Below, piece after piece: positions 55,612 through 64,000 of a DNA stretch of 64,000 nucleotides. Source of the DNA: Candidatus Taylorbacteria bacterium RIFCSPHIGHO2_12_FULL_45_16 (GTDB lineage: Bacteria; Patescibacteriota; Minisyncoccia; Phycocordibacterales; PALSA-1337); NCBI GenBank assembly GCA_001821055.1, contig MHRT01000006.1:8572-72571 (forward strand), read 5' to 3'. The position numbers and the translations under genes are program-made. The notes below the pieces were generated by a model that worked only from the letters and a program-made list of their open reading frames with translations, searched no databases and had not been told where the DNA came from. How positions within the stretch are numbered: the stretch's first letter is position 1; each line of letters starts with the position of its first letter.

Positions 55612-57651
55612 ATGAGTAATATCAATCCATCATACGATCCACGTCGACCGCAAAACTTCAAATTCCAACGCCGGCCGAATCAGAACCGAACCCGTATTTT
55701 ACGAAACAATGATATCTCCGGCTCACCAGACACCGACAAAAAACCTGTATATCATCATGATCACAAGGGACGCATCCACCAACCTTTGAGCACACAAGCC
55801 GCAAACGGTCACCGTGTCGTCCTCGGCCGTGGCGCTCTCAAGCATCCTGGCGCCGTAAAACATATAGCCGGAGCGCGTATGAACATTATCCGTCCGGACG
55901 CCGCCAAACCGATGCGGCGCAGTCAGGCAAAACCGATGATTCGGCGCGAGGGAGATATTATGCCGCCATTGGCACCAGATTCGATCCGTATCATTCCACT
56001 CGGCGGCGTGGAGGAAATCGGCAAGAATATGACCGCTATCCAATATGGCGACGACATCGTCGTTGTTGATATTGGTTTCCAATTTAAAGATGATGACACG
56101 CCGGGTATAGATTTTATTCTACCTAACACAAAGTATCTTGAGGAACGCCAAGACAAAATTCGGGCCATTATCATCACCCATGGGCACTTGGACCACATAG
56201 GCGGCATTCCATATATCATGCCGCGCATTGGCAATCCACCGATTTACACACGTCTTTTGACCTCAATTCTCATACAAAAGCGCCAGGAGGAATTTCCTCA
56301 TGTTCAGAAAATAGAAATGAAAGTCGTCGAGAAAAACGAGACTATCACCGTGGGAAAGTTGCGGGTCAAGTTCTTCGCAGTGACTCACACGATTCCGGAT
56401 TCAATGGGTATTATCATTGAGACTCCCCACGGATCAATCGTGCACACTGGTGATTTGAAACTTGATCACATGGACGGTATACCGACTGATCAAGAGGTCG
56501 CCGAATATGACCGGGCATTCAAGCACGAAAAAGTTCTTATACTCATGGCCGACTCCACAAATGTGGAAAACCCTGGATTTTCCCTGCCGGAAAAAGTCGT
56601 GCACAAAAACCTGGAGCTTATCATCCAAAATATGTCCGGTCGGCTCATTATCGCCACTTTCTCTTCCCTGCTTGAACGCTTGCTCAAAATAGTGGAGTTT
56701 TCGGAAAAATACGGCAAGAAAGTGCTGATTGAGGGACGCAGTTTGAAACAAAATATTGAGATTTGCAAAAGTCTCGGTCTGGTCAAAGCAAAGAATGAAA
56801 CTTTCATCACAGCTGATGACATAGACAATTATCCGCCGGATCGGATCGTCATCCTCTCAACTGGCGCCCAAGCCAACGATTTTTCGGCTCTGGTGCGCAT
56901 GTCCAACAAGACGCACGCCAAGATCAGATTGACGCCACGTGACACAGTGGTGCTCTCGTCGTCGGTCATTCCCGGCAATGAGCGTCCCATTCAGAAATTG
57001 AAAGACAATATTTCCCGCCAAGGTGCCAAAATTTTGCACTACCGGATCGCCGATGTTCATTCATCCGGCCACGCCAACCGCGACGAGACGGCCTGGATTC
57101 ATCGGGCCATCAAGCCGAAATTCTTCATGCCGCTCCATGGCTATCATTATATGTTGCGAGCGCATTGCGATGTGGCCAAAGAAGCCAATGGTTTGAGCGA
57201 ATCGGATGTGGTCATTCCAGACAATGGTTCAGTGATTGAAATCCAAAATAAAGGCACCAAATTGGTCAAATTGAAGGAGAAAGCAGCTTCAGGGTTGGTC
57301 TTGGTTGACGGTTTTTCCGTCGGCGATGTCCAAGATGTGGTCATTCGTGACCGCCAAGCGCTAGCGCAGGACGGCATCTTCATCATCTTTGGCATTTTGA
57401 ACGCCCAGACGGGAAAGTTAAAGAAATCGCCGGACATTATTTCCCGTGGTTTCGTCTATTTACGCGAGTCGCAAGATCTGCTCCACGAGGTCCGTCTGAT
57501 CATCAAAGAAACCGTGGAAAAATCAACTCGCGGCCAGAATCCGATCAATCTTGATTTCGTCAAGGATACAGTCACGGATACAGTTGCCCGCTTCCTGATG
57601 CAAAAGACAGCCAAGAGGCCCATGGTCATACCGGTGTTGTTGACAATCTAA
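55612..57651 (+). CDS. rnj: Ribonuclease J (start uncertain; possible ~116-aa basic N-terminal extension)
   Basis: IIPLGGVEEIGKNM, metallo-beta-lactamase HxHxDH (ITHGHLDHIGG), beta-CASP and C-terminal domain; alternative start near 55960. Confidence 0.85.
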   Translation: MSNINPSYDPRRPQNFKFQRRPNQNRTRILRNNDISGSPDTDKKPVYHHDHKGRIHQPLSTQAANGHRVVLGRGALKHPGAVKHIAGARMNIIRPDAAKPMRRSQAKPMIRREGDIMPPLAPDSIRIIPLGGVEEIGKNMTAIQYGDDIVVVDIGFQFKDDDTPGIDFILPNTKYLEERQDKIRAIIITHGHLDHIGGIPYIMPRIGNPPIYTRLLTSILIQKRQEEFPHVQKIEMKVVEKNETITVGKLRVKFFAVTHTIPDSMGIIIETPHGSIVHTGDLKLDHMDGIPTDQEVAEYDRAFKHEKVLILMADSTNVENPGFSLPEKVVHKNLELIIQNMSGRLIIATFSSLLERLLKIVEFSEKYGKKVLIEGRSLKQNIEICKSLGLVKAKNETFITADDIDNYPPDRIVILSTGAQANDFSALVRMSNKTHAKIRLTPRDTVVLSSSVIPGNERPIQKLKDNISRQGAKILHYRIADVHSSGHANRDETAWIHRAIKPKFFMPLHGYHYMLRAHCDVAKEANGLSESDVVIPDNGSVIEIQNKGTKLVKLKEKAASGLVLVDGFSVGDVQDVVIRDRQALAQDGIFIIFGILNAQTGKLKKSPDIISRGFVYLRESQDLLHEVRLIIKETVEKSTRGQNPINLDFVKDTVTDTVARFLMQKTAKRPMVIPVLLTI

Positions 57652-57730
57652 TTGTAGTATATAAACTACGGCCGAAAGTCTTTTTCTTGAGAGAGAGTGT
57701 AGCAAAAAAATAATTTGTCAAGAAGAAAAA

Positions 57731-59098
57731 CTACAACCCCTGCAACGGATCAATCATAGTTCTCTGGATCATATCCGCCTTGGCGATGACCTGATTGCCG
57801 TAAGTCGCGACCAACGATGAAGCACTGCATGATTTGCCGGAATAATATCTGCAGGCCGCGTTGCGTTCAGCTGAATAGGTGCCCGCGGATGCTCCCAAGT
57901 CACCCAGATATATTGAAGAAGCCATGAAAGCGTGGGCCGGATTCCATGGGTCTGGTATGCCCGACAAACCAAGCGCGTTTGCGATACGATTTTCAAATAA
58001 TATCCAAGTTGAAGCGATGAATTGGGCCGGGCCCATAGCGCCACCCCAGCCGACGGATTGTGGACAGGAAACAACTTGTTTGTAGGGATCGCCGCCAAGA
58101 TTTTTTATAATTTCTAAAAACGGTTCAACATCGCGGCCGGGTTTCATGACATTGGATAGAGCGTTCCCCGTCTTTTTACTGACACCGGCGCCCGTTGTCG
58201 GATTGGTCAAATAACATGAACCGACATTGGCGCCAAGCGCCGATTCTTGGGTCAGGATTGCTAGGACAAATGCCGGTCTAACTCCTGTTTTTGCCGACGC
58301 GACCTGGGCATATTTGAGCGCGTCACCAAATGGGATAGGGTTGGCGTCGCGCAACTGGAATAAAGCCGCGCGGATTTGAGCGGCTTTGGTTCGTTTTTCG
58401 GCAAGAAGCGTCGCGTATGATTTTTCGTTGCCTTTACTGATATTCAATAAGCGTTGCTTCTCCGTTTCATTGGCTTTGATACTTTTTTCTTCTTGCTGAA
58501 TGGCGTATCGCGCGTCAACCTCGGCGCTTCTGCGCTTGTCAAGATTGGTTTTTTCTGTTTCAGTCTCAGTCTTATCGGAACGAATCTGCTCAAATGTCGT
58601 TTTCAACCCCTGCTGTACAGATTCAAAACTGTCAATATCCTTAAAAAATCCCGTCACGCTAGATTGTGAAAGAATCACTTCCGGCAACGAATACGAACCT
58701 ATCTCATTTGTTTTTCGCATAATGGCCGCCAAAGTATCCCGTCCATTATCTATACGATCTTCCAGTTCAATAATATAAGTTTCTTTGGTTTTGATGTCTT
58801 TTCCCAGACTTTCAATCAAAAGATTTTTGGCTCGAATGTTGAGCTGAGCGACTTTTATTTTGGCAGTCAAGACGGTAATGTCTTTCTGTAAAGAAGCGCT
58901 TTGACCTTGAGCGGAAATAAGGTCTTTTTCAGCTTGCTTCTGTTCGGCCTCTACTTGGGCCAATTCCTGCTCCAGACGAGCTTTTTGATCAGGCGTCAAA
59001 GCTTGGGCGTGGATGAGAGCAGGAAATAAGAGGTAAGAAGTAAAAGGTAAGAGAATTACAAAAATCACTGTAATTAGAAAATTGGTCTTGGTAATCAT
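57731..59098 (-). CDS. Membrane-anchored coiled-coil protein with C-terminal lytic transglycosylase (SLT/GH23-like) domain
   Basis: N-terminal TM, ~230 aa heptad-rich coiled coil, then AILTQESALG ... GAMGPAQFIASTW ... AERNAACRYYSG resembling SLT catalytic motifs. Confidence 0.65.
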   Translation of the reverse strand: MITKTNFLITVIFVILLPFTSYLLFPALIHAQALTPDQKARLEQELAQVEAEQKQAEKDLISAQGQSASLQKDITVLTAKIKVAQLNIRAKNLLIESLGKDIKTKETYIIELEDRIDNGRDTLAAIMRKTNEIGSYSLPEVILSQSSVTGFFKDIDSFESVQQGLKTTFEQIRSDKTETETEKTNLDKRRSAEVDARYAIQQEEKSIKANETEKQRLLNISKGNEKSYATLLAEKRTKAAQIRAALFQLRDANPIPFGDALKYAQVASAKTGVRPAFVLAILTQESALGANVGSCYLTNPTTGAGVSKKTGNALSNVMKPGRDVEPFLEIIKNLGGDPYKQVVSCPQSVGWGGAMGPAQFIASTWILFENRIANALGLSGIPDPWNPAHAFMASSIYLGDLGASAGTYSAERNAACRYYSGKSCSASSLVATYGNQVIAKADMIQRTMIDPLQGL

Positions 59099-59166
59099 GT
59101 CTGTTGATTATAACAAATAAACCCCACCCACACAGGGTGCGGTCTCTGTCTACATGTAACCCAATC

Positions 59167-59886
59167 CTACTTTTTTTCCGGCTTTTTATCAGAGGATTTT
59201 TTGTCGGTAGCTTTTTGATCACCTCCCTCTTTGACGGCCGGAGCTTCAGCGCCAGCTTCACCTTCTTTGATTTCTTTGCCCTTGGTTTCAACTTCTATGG
59301 CAGTCATGTCAATGGCCGCCGGCGCCTCTTCAATCTCTTCCTTGGCTTCGGCGATGGAAGCAATGACCTCCTCGGGGTTAATCTTGAGTTCAACGCCTTT
59401 CGGCAAGATAAGATCCTTGGCTTTGATGACATCCGCAAATTCAACAAGCTTGGAAATATCAACGATGAGGTCGTGCGGCAAATCCCGAGGCGCGGCTTCA
59501 ATCTCGATTTCACGATGAACTTTGACGAGGATGCCTGCCTTGTCTTTGACGGCCGGAGACACGCCGGAAAATACAAGTTGCACAGCGACTTTTACTTTTT
59601 TACCTTTTTCTATGACATAAAAGTCGGCATGACGCGGTTCGCCAGATAGAGGATGGATATCAACTTCATGGATAAGGGTTTCGTGCTCTATTCCACTGGC
59701 GTCTTTGAGAATGACAACCGATGATTCGCCGGCCTTTTTCCAGACTTTACTGAACTCTTTGGCGTTCAAGGCGATAGATGTAGAATCCTCCTTTGGGCCA
59801 TAAAAAACGGCCGGCATTTTACCCGCTTCTCTCAAAGCTTCCAATTTTGAGCTTGAATCACGCTTTTCGGCGGTTAATGACAACAT
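59167..59886 (-). CDS. rplY: 50S ribosomal protein L25 / general stress protein Ctc
   Basis: L25 N-domain (EKRDSSSKLEALREAGKMPAVFYG) + Ctc C-domain + Lys/Glu-rich tail. Confidence 0.8.
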   Translation of the reverse strand: MLSLTAEKRDSSSKLEALREAGKMPAVFYGPKEDSTSIALNAKEFSKVWKKAGESSVVILKDASGIEHETLIHEVDIHPLSGEPRHADFYVIEKGKKVKVAVQLVFSGVSPAVKDKAGILVKVHREIEIEAAPRDLPHDLIVDISKLVEFADVIKAKDLILPKGVELKINPEEVIASIAEAKEEIEEAPAAIDMTAIEVETKGKEIKEGEAGAEAPAVKEGGDQKATDKKSSDKKPEKK

Positions 59887-59958
59887 GGCAAGTAGTTTAC
59901 ACTAGTTGCGGCAAAAAGCAAATTTTCTTGGAAACCCACACACATGTTATTAAAATAT

Positions 59959-60882
59959 TTACTTCTCTATGGCCAGATTATGCTTGGCGGCTCCTTCAGC
60001 ATATATTTGTTCGATTTCAGAAGTGGCAAGATTTCGATTATAGACCATGACATCGTCGATGAGACCATGGAACAGGTCATTTCCAGCATTACTCGATGAA
60101 CCAATAAATATCCCCCTCGGACTAATTGCTGGACTAAAACCATCACATCCAGACAGGGGTCCAAGCACCTTTCCATTAAGATACACTGTGCCAGCGTTTC
60201 CATTTATTGATACTGTAACATTGTACCACTTATTGATGACAACTGCATTCGAGAAAGTATAACTACATGAACCTGAATCAGAAGCTGAGTCAACATACAG
60301 CCCCCCATTTCGTAAGTCGATATAAAGATTACGATTACTTAACGCTGTAACGGCACTGCTTGACACTGCAAGTACGGCATCATAATTACTAATTGTTGTC
60401 GGTTTGATCCAGACACTGGCTGTTATGCTCGTCAAGGAAGTAGAAGTAAGCGGACTAAGTGGTGCAGCACGACCATAAGAAGCATACTGCAACGCAGTGC
60501 CATCTAAAACAAGTGAATTTCCCGAGCCTGAAGGCGAATCTGCCGGTGTTGGACGACAATAGGAAGGATTGACGCATCCGCTTCCCAATGTGGCGGTAAA
60601 ACCATTACCCGAGGTATCCAGAGCCGTCGTGCCGGGCGCTTCATTAAAATTATACGCCACAATGGCATCGGCTCCCAAAAGACGATGGTTATAGGTGGCA
60701 AACTTGATGCCGGCCCCGACAATCCCCTTCTGGCGCGCGCTTTGGAGAGAAGCAAATACCACGCTTGACAACATGCCGATGATGGAAATAACCACGAGAA
60801 GCTCTATCAAAGTAAAGGCGCGAGTATGGCCACGCGCGCCAAGTGTCTGGAGTGATACAGGCGAAAAGGAAGAAATCTTCAT
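59959..60882 (-). CDS. Type IV pilin-like protein (prepilin N-terminal methylation motif) with LamG/concanavalin-like domain
   Basis: FTLIELLVVISIIGML class-III signal helix; LamG-like body (LVLDGTALQYASY...LYIDLRNGGLYVD...LFHGLIDDVMVYNRNLATSEI). Confidence 0.65.
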   Translation of the reverse strand: MKISSFSPVSLQTLGARGHTRAFTLIELLVVISIIGMLSSVVFASLQSARQKGIVGAGIKFATYNHRLLGADAIVAYNFNEAPGTTALDTSGNGFTATLGSGCVNPSYCRPTPADSPSGSGNSLVLDGTALQYASYGRAAPLSPLTSTSLTSITASVWIKPTTISNYDAVLAVSSSAVTALSNRNLYIDLRNGGLYVDSASDSGSCSYTFSNAVVINKWYNVTVSINGNAGTVYLNGKVLGPLSGCDGFSPAISPRGIFIGSSSNAGNDLFHGLIDDVMVYNRNLATSEIEQIYAEGAAKHNLAIEK

Positions 60883-60991
60883 AAAAATTAGAGGAAATAA
60901 ATTATCATAATAAAAATCACCACTACGTTGGCAAGTGCCGAAGCGCCAAGGACAAGATAGACGGATGTTGGAAAACGCTGAGTCTGTGTCT

Positions 60992-61237
60992 TCATATGAA
61001 GTATGTTATCACATAATAAGTGATCACGAGATTGACGACGACAACGGCTATCAACACTACTTGAGCGGCGGCAGGAGATTTGACTATACCCTTTCGCATC
61101 AGCCAAGCAACCATCTTTGGTTGTCTGGATGAACCAGAGGAAAAATTCCCGCCCGAAAAAGACGACCCCTGTTTGGCATACGGTGGACGACCGCCGTAAC
61201 TGGCTTTATCTTCATCAAATTCTACGCCTGAACTCAT
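60992..61237 (-). CDS. Hypothetical small C-tail-anchored protein (uncertain; overlapping alternative frame 60888-61106)
   Basis: 81-aa ORF with C-terminal hydrophobic helix in AT-rich DNA; weak. Confidence 0.25.
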   Translation of the reverse strand: MSSGVEFDEDKASYGGRPPYAKQGSSFSGGNFSSGSSRQPKMVAWLMRKGIVKSPAAAQVVLIAVVVVNLVITYYVITYFI

Positions 61238-61285
61238 TTTATTTTTATTAATTATCTATTTTTATTCTATAACACTATTATACAG

Positions 61286-62143
61286 TCAAACGCTGAATAT
61301 TTTAAGCTTTTCTTCCACGACCTTTTGCATGGCCAATTTGGCTGATTTCATATATTTGTACGGCGCCAGCTCATCCGGATTGTCCGAAAAGGCCTTCATA
61401 AGACCCAGACGATACGCCATGCGCAATTCCGTATTCACATGAACAATAGCTACCCCGGCTTTGATTGTGCCATGAATATCATCGGCTGAATTGCCGGAAG
61501 CGCCATGTAAAACAATAGGAATATTCGTCGCTTCGGAAATCTCCCGCACGCGACGAATATTAAGAGCCGGATCGCCTCCACGGATGATGCCATGAACATT
61601 ACCGACGGCGGGAGCAATCAAATCGATTTTTGTTTCCTCGACAAACTTAGCGGCAAGCTCCGGCTTCGTCATATTATCATCGCCAACAACTACGCCGTCT
61701 GGTATGGAGTCTAAAATCTTGGATGAGGTACCGATGAAACCAAGCTCTCCTTCAACCAAAACATCACTACCGGATTTTTTGGCGTATTCAACGCACTTTT
61801 TGGTGATTTTTATATTTTCTTCGAAAGAAAGCTTGGCACCGTCAAAAATCACCGAGTCAAAACCGGCATCTATCGCTTCCGTAACGCCTTTATACGAATA
61901 GGTATGATCGGCATTCAAGAATACCGGTTGTTTGTTTTGTTCCCTGAAGCTTTCCACTATTGCCACAATTTGGTGAACACCTATATAGTCACGCTCACCC
62001 TCCGATACACCAACAATGACAGGCAAGTTCAGTTCCTTGGCGGCGTCAGCAATAGCCCAGATACCATCAAGAGTAGAAACATTGAAATGGCCGATGGCAC
62101 GATGATTAGCGGCTGCTTTTGAAATATAGTCGCGTAAGCTCAT
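61286..62143 (-). CDS. fba: Fructose-bisphosphate aldolase, class II
   Basis: Likely start MSLRDY...; GHFNVSTLDG, Zn-binding His residues, IVLHGASG motif. Confidence 0.85.
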   Translation of the reverse strand: MSLRDYISKAAANHRAIGHFNVSTLDGIWAIADAAKELNLPVIVGVSEGERDYIGVHQIVAIVESFREQNKQPVFLNADHTYSYKGVTEAIDAGFDSVIFDGAKLSFEENIKITKKCVEYAKKSGSDVLVEGELGFIGTSSKILDSIPDGVVVGDDNMTKPELAAKFVEETKIDLIAPAVGNVHGIIRGGDPALNIRRVREISEATNIPIVLHGASGNSADDIHGTIKAGVAIVHVNTELRMAYRLGLMKAFSDNPDELAPYKYMKSAKLAMQKVVEEKLKIFSV

Positions 62144-62208
62144 GGGGTAAGTATAGCACCCAGTACAACAATTCCACAAAGGAATCATCATAATGCTATA
62201 ATATCTCT

Positions 62209-63204
62209 ATGTTCCACAAGTCCATTGACCTTATTGCTATCGGCGATCTTGCCACTGACGCTTTCATCCGCCTAAAAGAAGCCGAAGTGCATTGCCGTCT
62301 TGATCACAATGCCTGCGAAATATGTCTGCCATACGGCGAAAAAATACCTTTTGAATACACTAAAGTCATTAAGGCCGTGGGCAACGCGGCCAACGCGGCC
62401 GTCGCCGGTACTCGCCTCGGTCTGCGTACGGCATTGGTTTCCAATATTGGTAACGATCAAAATGGGCATGAATGCATGAATGAACTGCAACATAATGGCG
62501 TCATCACCTCATATATACAAAAACATTCCAGAAAAGCAACAAATTATCATTTTGTGTTATGGTACGGAGCGGAAAGAACCATATTGGTCAATCATGTAAA
62601 TTATCAATATGACTTGCCGAAACTACCGGAGACGCGATGGGTCTATCTGACATCATTGGCCGACAACACATCCCACTACCACAATGCCATAACCGACTAT
62701 CTTGAGGCTTATCCGGAAATACGATTGGCTTTCCAACCCGGGACATTCCAGATGAAACTCGGTTTTGATGAGCTAAAGCGTATATACGCGCGTACCGATG
62801 TTTTCGTGGTGAATGTTGAGGAAGCTCAACATATGCTAAAAACCAACTCAAAAGACATAAAATTGCTCCTGAAGAAAATCCACGAGCAGGGACCAAAACT
62901 AGTCCTTGTGACTGACGGACCGAGAGGATCGTATATGTACGACGGCGACCACTCATACTTCATGCCAACATATCCTGATCCGAAGCCGCCGTTTGAGCGC
63001 ACCGGTTGCGGTGATGCTTTTGCTTCCACTTTTGTCTCCGCTCTTGCAGTGGGAAAATCACCACTTGAGGCCCTGATGTGGGCGCCAATCAATCCAATGT
63101 CTGTAGCTCAATTCGTGGGATCACAGGAAGGTCTGCTTACTAGAGAACAATTGGAATGGTGGCTAAAAAAAGCGCCGGAGGGTTACCGAGTGAAAGAGAT
63201 CTAG
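62209..63204 (+). CDS. PfkB-family carbohydrate kinase
   Basis: N-terminal IGDLATD, C-terminal anion hole TGCGDAFASTFVSAL; ribokinase-like size. Confidence 0.75.
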   Translation: MFHKSIDLIAIGDLATDAFIRLKEAEVHCRLDHNACEICLPYGEKIPFEYTKVIKAVGNAANAAVAGTRLGLRTALVSNIGNDQNGHECMNELQHNGVITSYIQKHSRKATNYHFVLWYGAERTILVNHVNYQYDLPKLPETRWVYLTSLADNTSHYHNAITDYLEAYPEIRLAFQPGTFQMKLGFDELKRIYARTDVFVVNVEEAQHMLKTNSKDIKLLLKKIHEQGPKLVLVTDGPRGSYMYDGDHSYFMPTYPDPKPPFERTGCGDAFASTFVSALAVGKSPLEALMWAPINPMSVAQFVGSQEGLLTREQLEWWLKKAPEGYRVKEI

Positions 63205-63252
63205 AAAACAACGAGTAAATCTCAATAATACAATAACCATCACTATACTTGA

Positions 63253-64000
63253 TCACTGACAGTTGGAAATTTGGCCGTCCCTAAATTCTCGCCACTTGCC
63301 ATCAACAATCGCATTTCTAGCGTCTTTCGCCAAATGCACCAAAAAATACAAGTTGTGGATGGAGGTAAGTGTCGCCGCCAACATTTCCTTGGCCCTAAAA
63401 AGATGGGCAATGTAGGCTCTTGTGTAATTGACGCATGTATAACATCCGCAATCTTCTTCTATTGGTCCAAAATCATCGGTAAATTGGGCGTTGGTCAAAT
63501 TGAGACGACCAGTCTTTATTTTCTGCGGGACCTGACCAAATGAGATCTTTTTCGTGTAGGCGGCACCATTGCGCGCAATACGAGTCGGCGTGACGCAATC
63601 AAAAGTATCGACGCCATTTTCAATGCCCAAAATCAGATCAATCGGCTCGCCGATGCCAAGCAAGTGTCGCGGTTTATTTTCTGGCAACTCTTCGCAAACC
63701 CAACCAACGGCGGTACCGATATCTTCCTTGTCAAACGATCCGCCGATGCCAAAACCTTCAAAATCCATAGAACCGATGGTCCGAGCGCTTTGGCGACGCA
63801 AATCTTCATGACGACCGCCTTGGACTATACCAAATAGAGCTGGTACAAAAAGCAGAGTTTTTTTGGACACGCCGTCAACCTCTGGTGAAGTTGCGACTGA
63901 TTCCCACTCGCCATCGCTTTCTCCGAAGCGTCCAAAAGACTCTATTGCCTTACCTGCTTTATGTCTCACCAGACACCGCTTAGCCCATCTATGCGTCCTC
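63253..64000 (-). CDS. tgt: Queuine tRNA-ribosyltransferase (tRNA-guanine transglycosylase), 5-prime-truncated by window edge
   Basis: LFGIVQGG, LLGIGEP, Zn site CxCxxC...H (CGCYTCVNYTRAYIAHL); N-terminal ~140 aa must lie beyond 64000. Confidence 0.8.
   Translation of the reverse strand, partial: RTHRWAKRCLVRHKAGKAIESFGRFGESDGEWESVATSPEVDGVSKKTLLFVPALFGIVQGGRHEDLRRQSARTIGSMDFEGFGIGGSFDKEDIGTAVGWVCEELPENKPRHLLGIGEPIDLILGIENGVDTFDCVTPTRIARNGAAYTKKISFGQVPQKIKTGRLNLTNAQFTDDFGPIEEDCGCYTCVNYTRAYIAHLFRAKEMLAATLTSIHNLYFLVHLAKDARNAIVDGKWREFRDGQISNCQ

Noticed and set aside
1-64000. CRISPR arrays, insertion-sequence transposases, integrases, group II introns, retron or DGR reverse transcriptases
   Set aside because: No regularly spaced direct repeats and no DDE transposase, tyrosine/serine recombinase or RT motifs were seen anywhere in the window.

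Overview
The window reads as a slice of a small-genome bacterial chromosome. Several traits suggest a Patescibacteria/CPR-like organism, though this is an inference: membrane-anchored solute-binding proteins, a hinge-less short SMC, a pilin-LamG protein, TTG/GTG starts and weak Shine-Dalgarno sites. About 70 genes can be called from sequence, plus seven tRNAs that no ORF tracks.

Core housekeeping genes recognised from motifs:
- Chaperones: groES, groEL, clpB.
- DNA metabolism: topA, dprA, dnaX, rarA, a short SMC, parB.
- Translation and RNA: serS, miaA, dus, tgt (partial, runs off the window end), rnc, rnj, a nusB-Nudix fusion, L25/Ctc, L32, L33.
- Other: alr, fba, a pfkB-family kinase, secG, a LemA-TPM pair, a D,D-carboxypeptidase, ftsQ.

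Two regions look accessory and are the most interesting:
- Coordinates 16-14184: a branched-chain-amino-acid (Liv-type) ABC transporter locus with five paralogous TM-anchored binding proteins. Its conserved livH-livM-livG-livF order is interrupted by foreign cargo: an AbiEii-like nucleotidyltransferase with a small overlapping partner, a pRiA4b-ORF3-like protein, a RhuM-family protein, a four-helix-bundle (23S IVS) protein, a wHTH regulator and an unknown 128-aa protein. A 30-bp perfect palindrome sits in this locus.
- Coordinates 40121-48753: a GC-rich block of four membrane or surface hypothetical genes directly downstream of tRNA-Lys. Three genes have textbook TTGACA-N16-18-TATAAT promoters, and three terminators are visible in the block. 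Across a shared bidirectional terminator lies a tandem array of five small paralogs with a signal peptide plus two TM helices, the TrbC/VirB2 conjugative-pilin architecture, transcribed downstream of a methyltransferase and an orphan sugar-binding protein.

Smaller observations: a DinJ/YafQ-type toxin-antitoxin pair, a tRNA-Gln with a non-canonical T-loop, a short SMC without hinge, an orphan parB, and several hairpins and possible small transcription units.

Coordinates of RNA genes and hairpins were read by eye and may be off by 1-2 nt. One line break in the printed sequence near 39900 did not reconcile with the ORF track.
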